From NCBI RefSeq assembly GCF_000315625.1, contig NW_005434586.1:293184-357183 (forward strand): a stretch of DNA of 64,000 bases, written 5' to 3'. The position numbers were made by a program, and so were the translations under genes. The notes below the pieces were generated by a model. It saw only the letters and a program-made list of their open reading frames with translations, was not told where the DNA came from and searched no databases. The stretch comes from Guillardia theta CCMP2712 (Eukaryota; Protista; Cryptophyta). Positions 1-10,689 of the stretch are shown here, piece after piece; positions within the stretch are counted from its first letter, which is position 1; the number at the start of each line of letters is the position of its first letter.

Positions 1-2517
1 GCCATTGACCGCAAGGAAAGCAAGATCTCTGACTCAAGGAAACACTGTTCACTTCCACTCCTCCCGTTGGTGACCGACCCTCAACAGTGAACAAGTCGTT
101 GCCAACAGCGTTGGTGATACTTACCAGCTTGCAAGCTTCCCAATCCTGAAAGAACTCCTTGCGCACTTGATCGCTAACGATAAATTTGTCTTGCTCTTGT
201 AACAATATTTTCCTAGAAAGTGCCTTTCCCAAACATTCCATCCAAAAGTCTCCCAATGATTCGAAGAATTCGAGAGGATTACGTTTTGTAGCCAGGGAAG
301 AGCTCAGTTTTTTATCTCCAGTCTCAGCCTGTATGTTCGATTTGATTCCGTAAGTGCGGACGCATCCTTGTGTTGAGACATCTGTACTGGTCTTAGGAAG
401 CAGTTGAGCTCCTTGTGTTGAGACATCTGTACTGGTCTTAGGAAGCAGTTGAGCATACGTTGCCTGCAGAGCACATGTCTTGAGCTGTTGCTCACAGGTA
501 TAACTACATCACTTACCCATTGCGCGTCTGCGATGCCAGAGGATTTGAGATGGTCAAACGCCAGTGGGTTGGCCTTTTGTAGTTGGTTCATTCTCATGTC
601 AAACTCCACGTGGGTATGAGCTTGCTATCCGAAAGCATCAGAGCTCATACAGGAACCCTACAACCAACCTGTGCTTGCCAGAAAATTTCCAACGCACCAG
701 ACCCGCCAGAGCCTTTGGGATACAAACATTGCCCGCGGTTACCTGTGGTACATGTATGACTGGCAGACGAAATACAATCAGGAGAATACGTGAACAGAAA
801 TGATTGATGCCGGCAATGAGGCGGGTACAGCAGACAAGCACATCTGCGTGAGGTAGTGCTTGCTGTACCCCTTTGAGAATGGCAGTTGATCGACCAGTCA
901 TGATAGTCAGCGATCCGCTGGATGGACATAGCCAAGGTCCCAGGGATGTGCGTTTGAGCTGGTTCCATACCCATTCGGTGTTTTCTGCTGTTTCAGCAAC
1001 AACAGAATCGTTGGCCTCCTTCCACTGGGCAAACACGCCTGAATCGCACGATGAGACAGGACGCAGACGAAAGTTTCAGTTGTGCGCTACCAGCTGCAAC
1101 TGGGAGGACCGTCCCATCCCCCAACCGACCAGTTATGATCATGAACTTTCCTTGGAAGGGGCTGACTACAAAGTCAGTACCTATCTCCCCCCCCGAGCAT
1201 ACTGCGCAGCAGGGGATAGGGAAAGAGACCTGCGATTGAAACGATAGAAGCCCTGACGTTGCCGTTGTCAATGGGAAACAACAACCAGAGGAGATGGAGG
1301 GACCTGGCCGAGGAAGCGCAAACCACAGTGCTGAATCAAACGAAGGATGCCCTCGTTGCACAGGAAGGCTCCCTGGAAACTACCCGCATGCTTCTCACCT
1401 TGGTAAGGAGGCTGGCAGACAGCCCGACTGTCATGGTTCAATTTGGAATACTTAGACATCCATTCGTTTAATATCTTGAAAGAACGTTCGTCCTTTTTCT
1501 TGTTTTCCAACTCAATTTCTTGTAGAGCTCGCTGGACTGTAACTTCATTGGCCGACACGCCTATCTGCATTTTGAGGAGGCGAGAGAGTTGAATGGCTGT
1601 CAGGCAACATTCTCCATTGTTCTGTGAGCAACAAGACACGAGACAACGAAATGACGGCAGTGTAGCCAGATATTGGACCGAGACATCAGCATGTGACGTG
1701 CAATCTTCATGACTCGTCCTGAATGTACGGAATACATTCAACACATCAACATGCGAGATTCTGAGAAAGAAGTTCAATGCACGCCATGCCCTACCATTTA
1801 CGGGACTCGTGGATATGTAATGAGCTGTACTTGCTTTACATGCCCGTAACTCAAAGACATTCTTTATCTCAATGCTCGTCTGACTTGTCCTTCAGGTATA
1901 GGATTGTCATTGACAGGAAACACAGCAAGAAACATATCGGTGGTGAATATTTTGTTGTCAATCGAGAATCGAGCACTTTCTATATTCCATATCTTCCCAT
2001 CAAGGTCAGCGGTGTGATCGATTACAGGTTCGAACACAGGTTGGATCGCTTGTTCGTGTTCATCCTTGATCTTCCTGCTGTCAAGATGGCGCGAAGATCC
2101 GCAAACATTGCTCGAGCTCGACAAGCTTGTACTCGTATCATCCTTGCGCAGTCTGGAGCTAGACTGCGGAGACTCGAGCTGAAGGCAGAGCTGAAGGTGA
2201 AGGAGATAGAGCAGCAGAGTCAGCGGTAACAACTTGTGTAGGATGGTCTTGCTCACCTTGTCGAGGGTAGATGAGGGCATGGGCCCATACAGGGCTGCAT
2301 ACAGAAAATTCACTTGAGCAAGAAGGCCTTGTTTTGACTGCAGTTCCGAGAGAGGTATGGACAGCATGGAGCAAGTATGTTGTATAGCTTCGTCGACTGT
2401 GTAGTGCGTTGGGACGCCCATCTGCCATCTGAGATCCTTCAACTTAGATTCGAACGTCAAGGTCTCCCGCCCGCCGCTCCCGTTCCCGCCCTGCATCGCG
2501 GCAGTAGCCTGTGTCAC
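1..2517 (-). mobile_element. Decayed Mutator-like (MULE) transposase gene, running off the left edge of the window
   Basis: Minus-strand fragments occur in MULE order: SFKILNEWMSKYSKLNHDS..FQGAFLCNEGILRLIQHCGLRFLG (1268-1777), AETAENTEWVWNQLK..LTIMTGRSTAILKGVQQALPHADVLVC (638-1036; MULE DDE region, with the usual SDR read as TGR), and the start of a SWIM finger VNSVSLSQRSCFPCGQW at 1-55. Frames are interrupted by stops and shifts. Confidence 0.75.
365..454. repeat. Perfect 45-bp tandem duplication inside the MULE remnant
   Basis: tccttgtgttgagacatctgtactggtcttaggaagcagttgagc at 365-409 and 410-454; in-frame 15-codon duplication (LNCFLRPVQMSQHK seen twice). Confidence 0.95.
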
Positions 2518-2568
2518 GTTGCCTGATCAAGAAGATGATTCAAGATCTGAAGTTGTTGAACATGTTAA

Positions 2569-2622
2569 GTTTGTTTAGCTAAACTTGTTCGACATTTTCT
2601 GTTTGTTTAGCTAAACTTGTTC
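2569..2622. repeat. 22-bp direct repeat with a palindromic core; possible MULE subterminal/TIR sequence
   Basis: gtttgtttagctaaacttgttc at 2569-2590 and 2601-2622, each containing the palindrome GTTTAGCTAAAC, just upstream of the transposase. Confidence 0.7.
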
Positions 2623-3181
2623 ATCTGCGACACAAAATGTTTTCCGTACTGATTCTAAAGTTAACTTAACTTTGAGTAAAGATTACGTAGGAATGGGTTC
2701 AGCTATGAAAACCAGAATAACTCAGTCAAAGTTCCTTCGGAGATTCGGCCCGGGCCCGGGAGACTCCGGCGGCCATAAAAAAAACATCAACCTTTGACAG
2801 GTTCAGATACTCCCCTCCCTCCTGACATCTGCCGTAGTGCAGTCACAGCGCAGCGCTGATCATCCCCCCCCCCCCCCCCCCCCCTCCGGGCGGCCCCCAC
2901 CTTCCCGTCTTCCGATTCTCACTCAGGCCTTCCTCACTGCACTTGCCAGGCTAGGAACCTCCCGAGCCCGGCGGCTGCTGGAACCTTTCAAGGATCCCCT
3001 GCTCCGAGCCCCCGCTTTGCTGCAGTGCCTCCCTCCCTCCCTCCCTCCCTCCCTCCCTCCCTCCCTCCCTCCGGGCCACCCGAGTCCCTCACTTCCCCGA
3101 GTCCCCCCGGCGACCCTGTGTTCACTTTGCCGACCTCCAGCCTCATCTGAGTCTTAAGCTCCTCCGCCGCTGAGCTTCGCC

Positions 3182-5590
3182 ATGTTCTCTCCCTGGGGAG
3201 AAGACGAGACGGTCGTAGATGTGAGAGCCTTGAGGCACCACTTCGAAGGAGAAGGCGCTATCAGGTCAGTCAAGCAGGACAAGCCCAAGAGAAAGAAGAA
3301 ACAAGAGCTGGTCAGACGCAACACCAGCCCTGATCTCCGACCCACCAAGGGCAGGAAAGAGAGGATAGTCATGGAGCAGGATACAGGGCTCTCATGGCAA
3401 TCGATACAGGATGCTGCTGAGCGAGCGCAGTCGGGCGATCAACAAGCGCGAAAGGCGGAGGAGGAGAAGGCCAGCCCAAGCATGCACGGATCGGTCAGGG
3501 AGCAGGGGAGTTTCCTCAGCGTGCAGGAAGGAGACGTTGCAGACGAGGTGGACAACAGCCGGAGCAGCGAGACCCACGTCCTCAAGAACTTCACGCTCAA
3601 CATCGCAACTCGTGAGCCGGTGAGGAGCCGATTCCTTGTCCTTGGTTGTTGTGGATGCTTGTCTTTATCCTCCATCCCTTGGGTCTCTGTCTCTGTCTCC
3701 CGCCACACACCCCCCCCCCCCCCCCCCACCTTTTCTTTCCCTCTCCCTCTCCCTCTCCCTCTCCCTCTCCCTCTCCCTCTCCCTCTTCCTCTCCCGCTTT
3801 CTCTTTCTCTTTCTTGCCTTCTTCACGCACTTTGCAGCACAACCACGAAGACATCCCGGTCGTGCAGCCATGGCGGCGTATGGGAGCTAAAGGAACCCCA
3901 GGTTTGCCTGAGATGCTTGTAACTAGATCTTAAGTCAGCACAGGAGTTCTTCGCAAGGGAATACTGCAGAGGAAGAGAAGTGAGCAGGTGTGAAGGGATC
4001 TGACAGCATGCTGATCGCTGCGCAGTGGAAGAAGACAGGATGATGAAAGAACAGCGCATTGCTGACATCTCGCAGAAATCTGTGAGCTCATTGAACAGCG
4101 ATAAGCGGCAGATGTCGATCGGGTTCAGCAGAAACTTTTTGAGGATAAGGAATGATGGACGTCGTCATTCATGCAGGCGTTGATGTTGTCTTTGATCTCC
4201 AGGAAGAGGAATATTGTACGAGAGATCCCGGAAGCGATTGTGGGAGAAAACTTCAAATCGATGGCAAGAAGTGGCTTCATATATGACAAGAACAAAGAGG
4301 AGGATAAAGACAAGGAGGAAAGGGACCGGGAGATGATGAAAGCTTTGAACAAGCAGAGGTCAATTGAAGAAGCAAAGTTTCAAGGTGATCTTGTGCAGTG
4401 AATGTTGCGTTCGATGTTGTTTTATGAGCCATTTGATAGATCAGAGGAGTAGAGATGCTCCTTCGTACACAGAGGCCGAGAAGGAAAAGGTAAGGGATCA
4501 ACGTCGGCCATGTTCTGATCCGGGTACCTTCGTCTGCAGGCCAGGGAAGAGAAAGTTCTCAGAGCTATGGTAGTTGAAGGAGTTGAGGAGATTGATTGTG
4601 ATGCAGTGAGACAGGATCGGAGGAATAAAAAGCGGCTAGCACTAGAAGACATTATTGAGCAACGCAAAGCACAACAAGTCAGGCCAATCACTGTGCGTGA
4701 TCTTGATCTTGTTTGCTTTCTCCGTCGACGTGAATGCATGAACAGGATCCAAACCATTCCCATCTCAAGCATCACAAGACGTTGTCACGATTCTTTGATC
4801 GATCTTCTCTCACGCGCCATGGCAGGTCATGGGACGCCGACAGGTTTGACATCAGCGGTTACATCCAGTCGATTTCCCTCGAGGCCGCGGGCGAGGAGGA
4901 CGTCCCCCCCCCGGCTCTAAAGCATGCGGCGACTACTCGGAGTAATCGCAGACGTCAAGTCAAAGAGGCTGCTGACTTGTTCCAGGTGTCATAGTCAGAG
5001 GCAAGTTTCCTCCTCTTCCCAAGAGCTCCAGCGAACCTCCTCGAACGAGAGGGCTTGACACTAGCTTCTTAGACGTTGGTCAGCTCACCACTCGCCTCTT
5101 GCTCCTCCTACTGACATCTCGCTTGTATCGCCTCTTCCTCGTAGCTCTCTACCCTCCTCTCCGTCCTCGTGTCGATGCTCGCCAGGTGAAGGCAGGGGCG
5201 AGACAGGACCTCGAGAGCGCCAGCCTGCGAGCAAAGATGAGGAAGAAGGAGCAACTCAAGGGGTCTGAGCAGGAGGAGGAGGAGGAGGAGGAGGAGAAGC
5301 CTCCGCCTCGTCAGGAGAGACTTCTAGTGCGACGTCTCAGCAGAACATGGGAGCCTCCTGTTGTGCGCATCGTTGATCTCTCGGGGGAACAGGAAGCAAA
5401 CAGTCCGCTAGCCTCCCTGCTATCGCCCAGCTGGAGGAAAAGAGAGACCTTGGAGGAGGAGGAGGATGAGGAGGATGAACAAGTCTTTCCCCTCCCTTCC
5501 TCTAGCCACCAGTCGCACTCTGACAGCAAACTCGCCATGCGGCGGTTCAGCAGGCAGGTTGACCTTGGGAGTGAACTTGAGCAGTTCCGT

Positions 5591-5632
<42 letters not shown>

Positions 5633-5731
5633 GCGACCATTCCCTCGTTCGGTCGAGCTCCCAGCACCAGGACTCTGTACTCCCAGCTCGAGGAAGCAGC
5701 TGGATCACTGACTGACTTGCTCGCAGGCTGA
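3182..5731 (+). CDS. Multi-exon hypothetical protein, charged/coiled-coil, with polyE and polyQ tracts
   Basis: ATG 3182 (MFSPWGEDET); successive short GT-AG introns link the ORFs at 3182, 4171, 4567, 4734 and 5099; ends ..LTDLLAG* at 5731. No domain recognised. Confidence 0.6.
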
Positions 5732-5751
5732 GGACCATAGACAACACGTTG

Positions 5752-5864
5752 AGTGATCGCTGAAACCTTAGACGTGTTGATATGGCAGTGATCGCTGAAA
5801 CCTTAGACGTGTTGATATGGCAGTGATCGCTGAAACCTTAGACGTGTTGATATGGCAGTGATCG
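5752..5864. repeat. 35-bp tandem repeat, about 3.2 copies
   Basis: agtgatcgctgaaaccttagacgtgttgatatggc at 5752, 5787 and 5822, plus a partial copy; no spacers. Confidence 0.95.
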
Positions 5865-6193
5865 AGTGCACGATTTGTTTGCGAGCCTTGGCAATCAATA
5901 CGATGCTGTGATGTATGTCATACTAGCTGATATGTATAACGAATATGATATCATAAATGTCTGAATACTTGATCCCCACTGAACATGATGGGTGTCGGGC
6001 ATTTCAAGCTGCTTCCTTACTTGTTCGACATGCTGCCGGCGAGCTTGTCTACGTAGTTTCCTCTCCTCTCACTCTTCCTCCTCTTGCCTCTGCCGCTCCC
6101 ACCATCTTTCCGTCTTCTCGCTTCCTTTCCCTCCGATGCGCCTCCTCCCCTGCCTGTCGTTTTGTGGTAGGGCCGTTAGGAGTGAGGAGGGGA

Positions 6194-9100
6194 ATGGCAA
6201 GCTTGTACTGCTGGGACTCGGTGCACAAGGAGGGGGTCAGTGCGCTGAGGGTGCATGGGGAAGGAGGAGAAGGGAAGTTGATCTCCGGCTCCTATGACTG
6301 CCGGTTCTGCGTGATCGACTTGGAGGTGAGAGAGGAGGAGGGAGGAGGGAGGAGGGAGGAGGGAGGAGGGAGGAGGGAGGAGGGAGGAGGGAGGAGGGAG
6401 GAGGGAGGAGGGAAAGGATAGAATATTCATATTGGAGGCAGGAGGGGGTGTGCGAGGAGACGTACAAGAGCAGTGACAGTCCCATTCACTCGCTGCATGT
6501 TGATGACCATGTCGTCTACGTCGGCAACGAGCGAGGGAGCATCTTGCTTCAAGATCTGAGGGTGTGCCAGCCTCTCGAGGGGAGGTCCGTATGCTGAAGT
6601 TGCGTCGCAGATGAAGCAAGAGTCCAGGAGGCAACTGGCTGGTCATCGAGGAGCAGTGTACTGTCTTGACAAGCACCAAGACTTCCTGTACTCGGGAGGA
6701 CACGACTGTGCTCTCCGAATGCACGACCTGCGGATGAACAAGTGTATCCGCAAGTTCAGATTCCACAACTTGCCCGTCAGCAGCGTATCGGTGAAGAGGA
6801 GGAGAGGAGAGGAGAGGAGAGGAGAGGAGAGGAGAGGAGAGGAGAGGAGAGGAGAGGAGAGGAGAGGAGAGGACGAGAGGAGAGGAGAGGAGGGGAGGGG
6901 AGGGGAGGGGGAGGGGGACGAGGGGAAAAGGAATGAGAAGAGTTGCCGGTGATTCGCAGGCAGGTCGACGATCACGCTGTGATCTCAGCGTCATGGGACG
7001 GGTACATCTCCTACTTCAAGGTCGTCTCTTCCTCTCCGACTGTCCTCACTTGGCGCTCAGGAGGAGGGGGAGCACAAACGGCTCATGGACGTCAGACGGC
7101 CCGCCAGCCCCGTGGTAGACCTTGTGAGCTCGGATACCTACCTCTACGCTGCCATACGAGACGGGAGGCGAGCAGCGTCGGGCTCTACGATGAGACTGAC
7201 GGGACCTCAGGGTACAAATCTGGTCGCGCTCTAAGATGGAGCTAGTCAGCACCATCCTAGGGCACGACAACGGAGTCTCCGCCCTCCTGCTGCAAGGGGA
7301 TCGGCTCTATGCTGCCAGTGACGACCAGACGGTCTCACTGTGGGAAGCGAAGCCCTCGAAGCCTCTGCTGACCTCCGCAAACCGCCTTGCCTCTTTCTCA
7401 GGCCACACGGCATGCGGCGCAGCATGCGAGCCAGCGGCTGACGGTCGAGCTAGGATGGGGTGCTGAGCCTGGCGTATCGAGACGGCTTGCTGTACAGCGG
7501 GAGTCACGACCAAACCATTCGCATCTGGGATGCACGGGTGACTGACTGACCTGCCCCTCTTCCTGCCCCTCCTCCTGCCCCTCTTCCTGCCCCTCCTCCT
7601 GCCCCTCCTCCTGCCCCTCCTCCTGCCCCTCCTCCTGCCTCTCCTCTTCCTCGTTTTCGTCCACCATCTCTTTTTCCTCCCTTGCCTCCTCCTCGCTCAC
7701 TGACGGTGGGTCAGTCATTCGACGAGAGCACGAGGCTCGAGAAGCTGCCGAGTCACCTCCAGCAGCTCTTGCCCAGCAGCCAGCTGGAGCGAGTGCCCTC
7801 CCTTGAGGAAGGGCACGAGTGGTAGTTGCAGCTGCTCTCCCCCCCCGCGCCCCTCTCGTCACCTCTGGATGCAGGAAGATGGGGGGGTTAGGCTCGAGCT
7901 TCATCCACCCGGGTATCGGCCTCCGGCTCGGTGACGACATGCACCCTCCTGCTGTGGCAGAGATCTTCCCGGTGAGGAGAAGATGCTGAGGAAGAGGGAA
8001 TGAGGAGGAAGAATTGAGGAGGAGAAGGAGGACGTGACGGGGAAGAGGAAGAGGAAGAGGAAGAGGAAGAGGAGGATGAGAAGTGCTGAAGGATCAGCAG
8101 GGGTCCGCGTGTGAGTTCTCCGGGATCAAGATAGGGGATGTGATCACGGGAGTAAATGGGGTGAGCATAGAGACAGCAAAGGACTTGAGCAGGCAGATCG
8201 CAGAAGCTCCTGAGCACGACGCTGTGGATTTCTCCTTCCTACGGCATGGAAGCGACGAGAATCTGCAGGAGATGAACGCGCGGATAGTCCCGACCATCGA
8301 GGAGAAGGATGAGACATCAGAGCAAACCAGTTTCACTGATGGTGCTGTTGACTTAGTCTCCTTCCTCCTCAGCTACTGACGGCTATGACAGCAAGGCAGC
8401 TCATGTATGCTCTAGTAGATATCCTAGAGGGGAAGGAGAACGTGTGGGATCAGGTCAATGACGTTCACAAGATCATCTTTGACCACACTGGTTCGACTTT
8501 TCATGTTTGTCAGGCTAACAACTGACCTTGAGCTCTAGAGATGTTCGACAAGATCATGATCAAGTATAGCGACGTGGAGTGCACCTACCTGAGGCTAAGA
8601 GATCTTTGGCTCCTCCTCCACCGCTGCAAGCTCGTCAAACCGCACAGATCACTCGCAGACATGGACCGGACCATGTGGCTCCCTCGCATCCGGCAGCTCT
8701 ATCCCCTCCCCCGCGTCCATCGACTTAAGGTGCGAACAAAGAGACTCGCGTACTCCCAGCTCATCCCTCCCAGAACCTTCACGATCCCCAGAGCAAGTTG
8801 ACGGCCAACGACCTGCTGCAAGGCCTCGTCCGCCTCGCCAACGTCAAGTACTCGAAGCAGCGAGACTTGGCCGCCAGGCTCCGCCGGCTGATCGAAAAGC
8901 GCATCCAACCACACGCTCTGGCGGAGGTGACGTCCTTGTACGAGGGGACAGGTCTTGGCCAGCTGGAGCAGGTAGAGGGAGGAGCTGTGTGAGAGAGCCT
9001 GACGCCTCCTCAATCAAGGGGATGCCGCCGCACCAGGAGCGGATGGTCATGCGGTCGTTTGGGAGGTTCTGCAAGGACCCGACGAGGGGCCTGCAGGTCC

Positions 9101-9580
9101 AAGAGTTTGCCGAGGCTGTCAAGGTTGAGCAGAGCACTGCTGTGGTGGTGGTGGTGACCGACGGTTCGGTGCAGGTGCTCAACGTCAAGGGGCCCGTCCC
9201 TTCAGGCACCCTCTACTTGTACCTCCTCTTGATGACTCTGTGTGCAGACCTTGCGTCCAAGGTCTTCCGCAAGTGCAAGTGTTTCTTCTTGTGCCGACAA
9301 CTAGAGGAGCTGGAGGAAACAGCCGGGAAGACAGCCATTGACACTGATGCCGAGGTTAATCGTGCTCCTAGTCTCAGTAGACACTCACAGTCTGGCAGTT
9401 GGTGCCCGATGAGTTCTGGATAGGGTTGGCCCTCATATCAGTAGACCAGGTTAACAGGGTATCCTTGCAAGACGCGATGATCAACGTGGTGGACAAGTGA
9501 GTTGACGATGGAGGACGATGGAGGACAACGATCTTTGTGCTGATCTTACTCTGTTCAGGTACATGTCAGATGTAACCTGA
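6194..9580 (+). CDS. WD40-repeat protein with a PDZ domain and helical C-terminal region (multi-exon)
   Basis: WD40 repeats LISGSYDCRFCVIDL, GHRGAVYCL..YSGGHDCALRMHDLR, VISASWDGYISYFK, GHDNGVSALL..ASDDQTVSLWE, GHT|DGVLSL..SGSHDQTIRIWD. PDZ: GIGLRLGDDMHPPAVAEIFP|GSACEFSGIKIGDVITGVNGVSI. Probable stop at 9580. Confidence 0.8.
6330..6930. repeat. Purine-rich intronic microsatellites (GGA/GAGGA/GGGAG types)
   Basis: Runs at about 6330-6415 and 6797-6930 inside WD40 introns; similar runs at about 3710-3810, 7553-7640, 35440-35500 and 37600-37690. Confidence 0.9.
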
Positions 9581-9664
9581 ACGAGAGCCTCGTTTCATGC
9601 AGCCTTTAGACACCTTGTGGAATACTTATACATGAATCTCAATCTCACATAGCCCCTCCTCTCC

Positions 9665-10412
9665 TCAAGTGGTCACGGCGCTGGTTTCTGCACTAGCGCT
9701 GGTCTCCTGGGGCTTGAGAGTTTCGCCCTCCAGTCGGAGCTTCACGAGCTCTTGGACCTCCTCCTTCTTGGCGCACAGAGCCTGGTGATGCTGCCTTCTC
9801 AACTTCTCAACCGCCTCTATGTAATCGAGCTCCAATCCCTCTGCACAAGCAAATCAGCTACATCGCGAACATGGTTGCAACTGTCAAAACACCTGCTTGT
9901 ACGGCTGCTTGTTCGCGTAGAGTTTGAAGCTGCTTGATCTGTCTGTCGACCTCTCGTTGGTAGCAAGCAAAGCTCTCAAGCTTCTCCTCCTTGCATTTGA
10001 GTAACTCTAGAATCTGGGACTGAAGCTTCTCTTGCAGCTGGTCTTCTATCCTCGAGATGGTCTCCTGTGCCTCGGCTTGCAGTTCTCGTTTCAGCTTCTC
10101 TATTCTCAGCTGCTCACGTCTTCTTCTCAATGCGGTCAGGTCCTGCTGCAGCTGCTGCTCTTGCTGCTGAATGACTATCTCTTCCTCAGAGAGATCGCGC
10201 TCGGTCTTGTCTGGTTTAGAAAAGGGATGAAGGTTCTCTGAATGGTCTTCTCTGCACAATCTGTTGTTTGATTCATTGTCAGCTCTAGATGACAGCGAAG
10301 TTCCCTTGACACATGGGTCCTCTTGCCCAGATTCTCGCGTCCTCTCCATCGAGCTGTTAATCACCTGCAGTCCATATCGTCTGTTTGGCCGTGTCGTCCA
10401 CTTCTTAGCCAT
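9665..10412 (-). CDS. Hypothetical coiled-coil protein (multi-exon)
   Basis: MAKKWTTRPNRRYGLQ|...EEEIVIQQQEQQLQQDLTALRRRREQLRIEKLKRELQ...; GT-AG introns; probable stop at 9665. Confidence 0.55.
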
Positions 10413-10689
10413 GTCTGTCTCTCGTCTCATTCCTCCGCCACTTGGCCGTGCTCTATCCCTTCCCTGCCACCCCGCCACCTGTCGTTGCTTCCCCCGACAG
10501 GCTCAAGCGCCTTCCCGCCATGTTTGAACCCTCTCCATGGGGAGCCCACGTCTCCGCACAGACCCAGTTGGAGAGACTGCTGGATCTGAGGCAGGCTCTG
10601 AGGCAGGTTCTGATCAGATCTGAGAGGCTGGATCTGAGGCAGATCTTGAGCATCGGAGGGGTCCCTTGTAAGCCCGCCTCTGATCACTT

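Noticed and set aside
5752-5864. 35-bp repeats as a CRISPR array
   Set aside because: The units are contiguous with no spacers, there are no cas genes, and the context is eukaryotic.
10560-10655. ggatctgaggcag repeats as a coding repeat domain
   Set aside because: It is a short degenerate repeat upstream of a gene with no supported reading frame.
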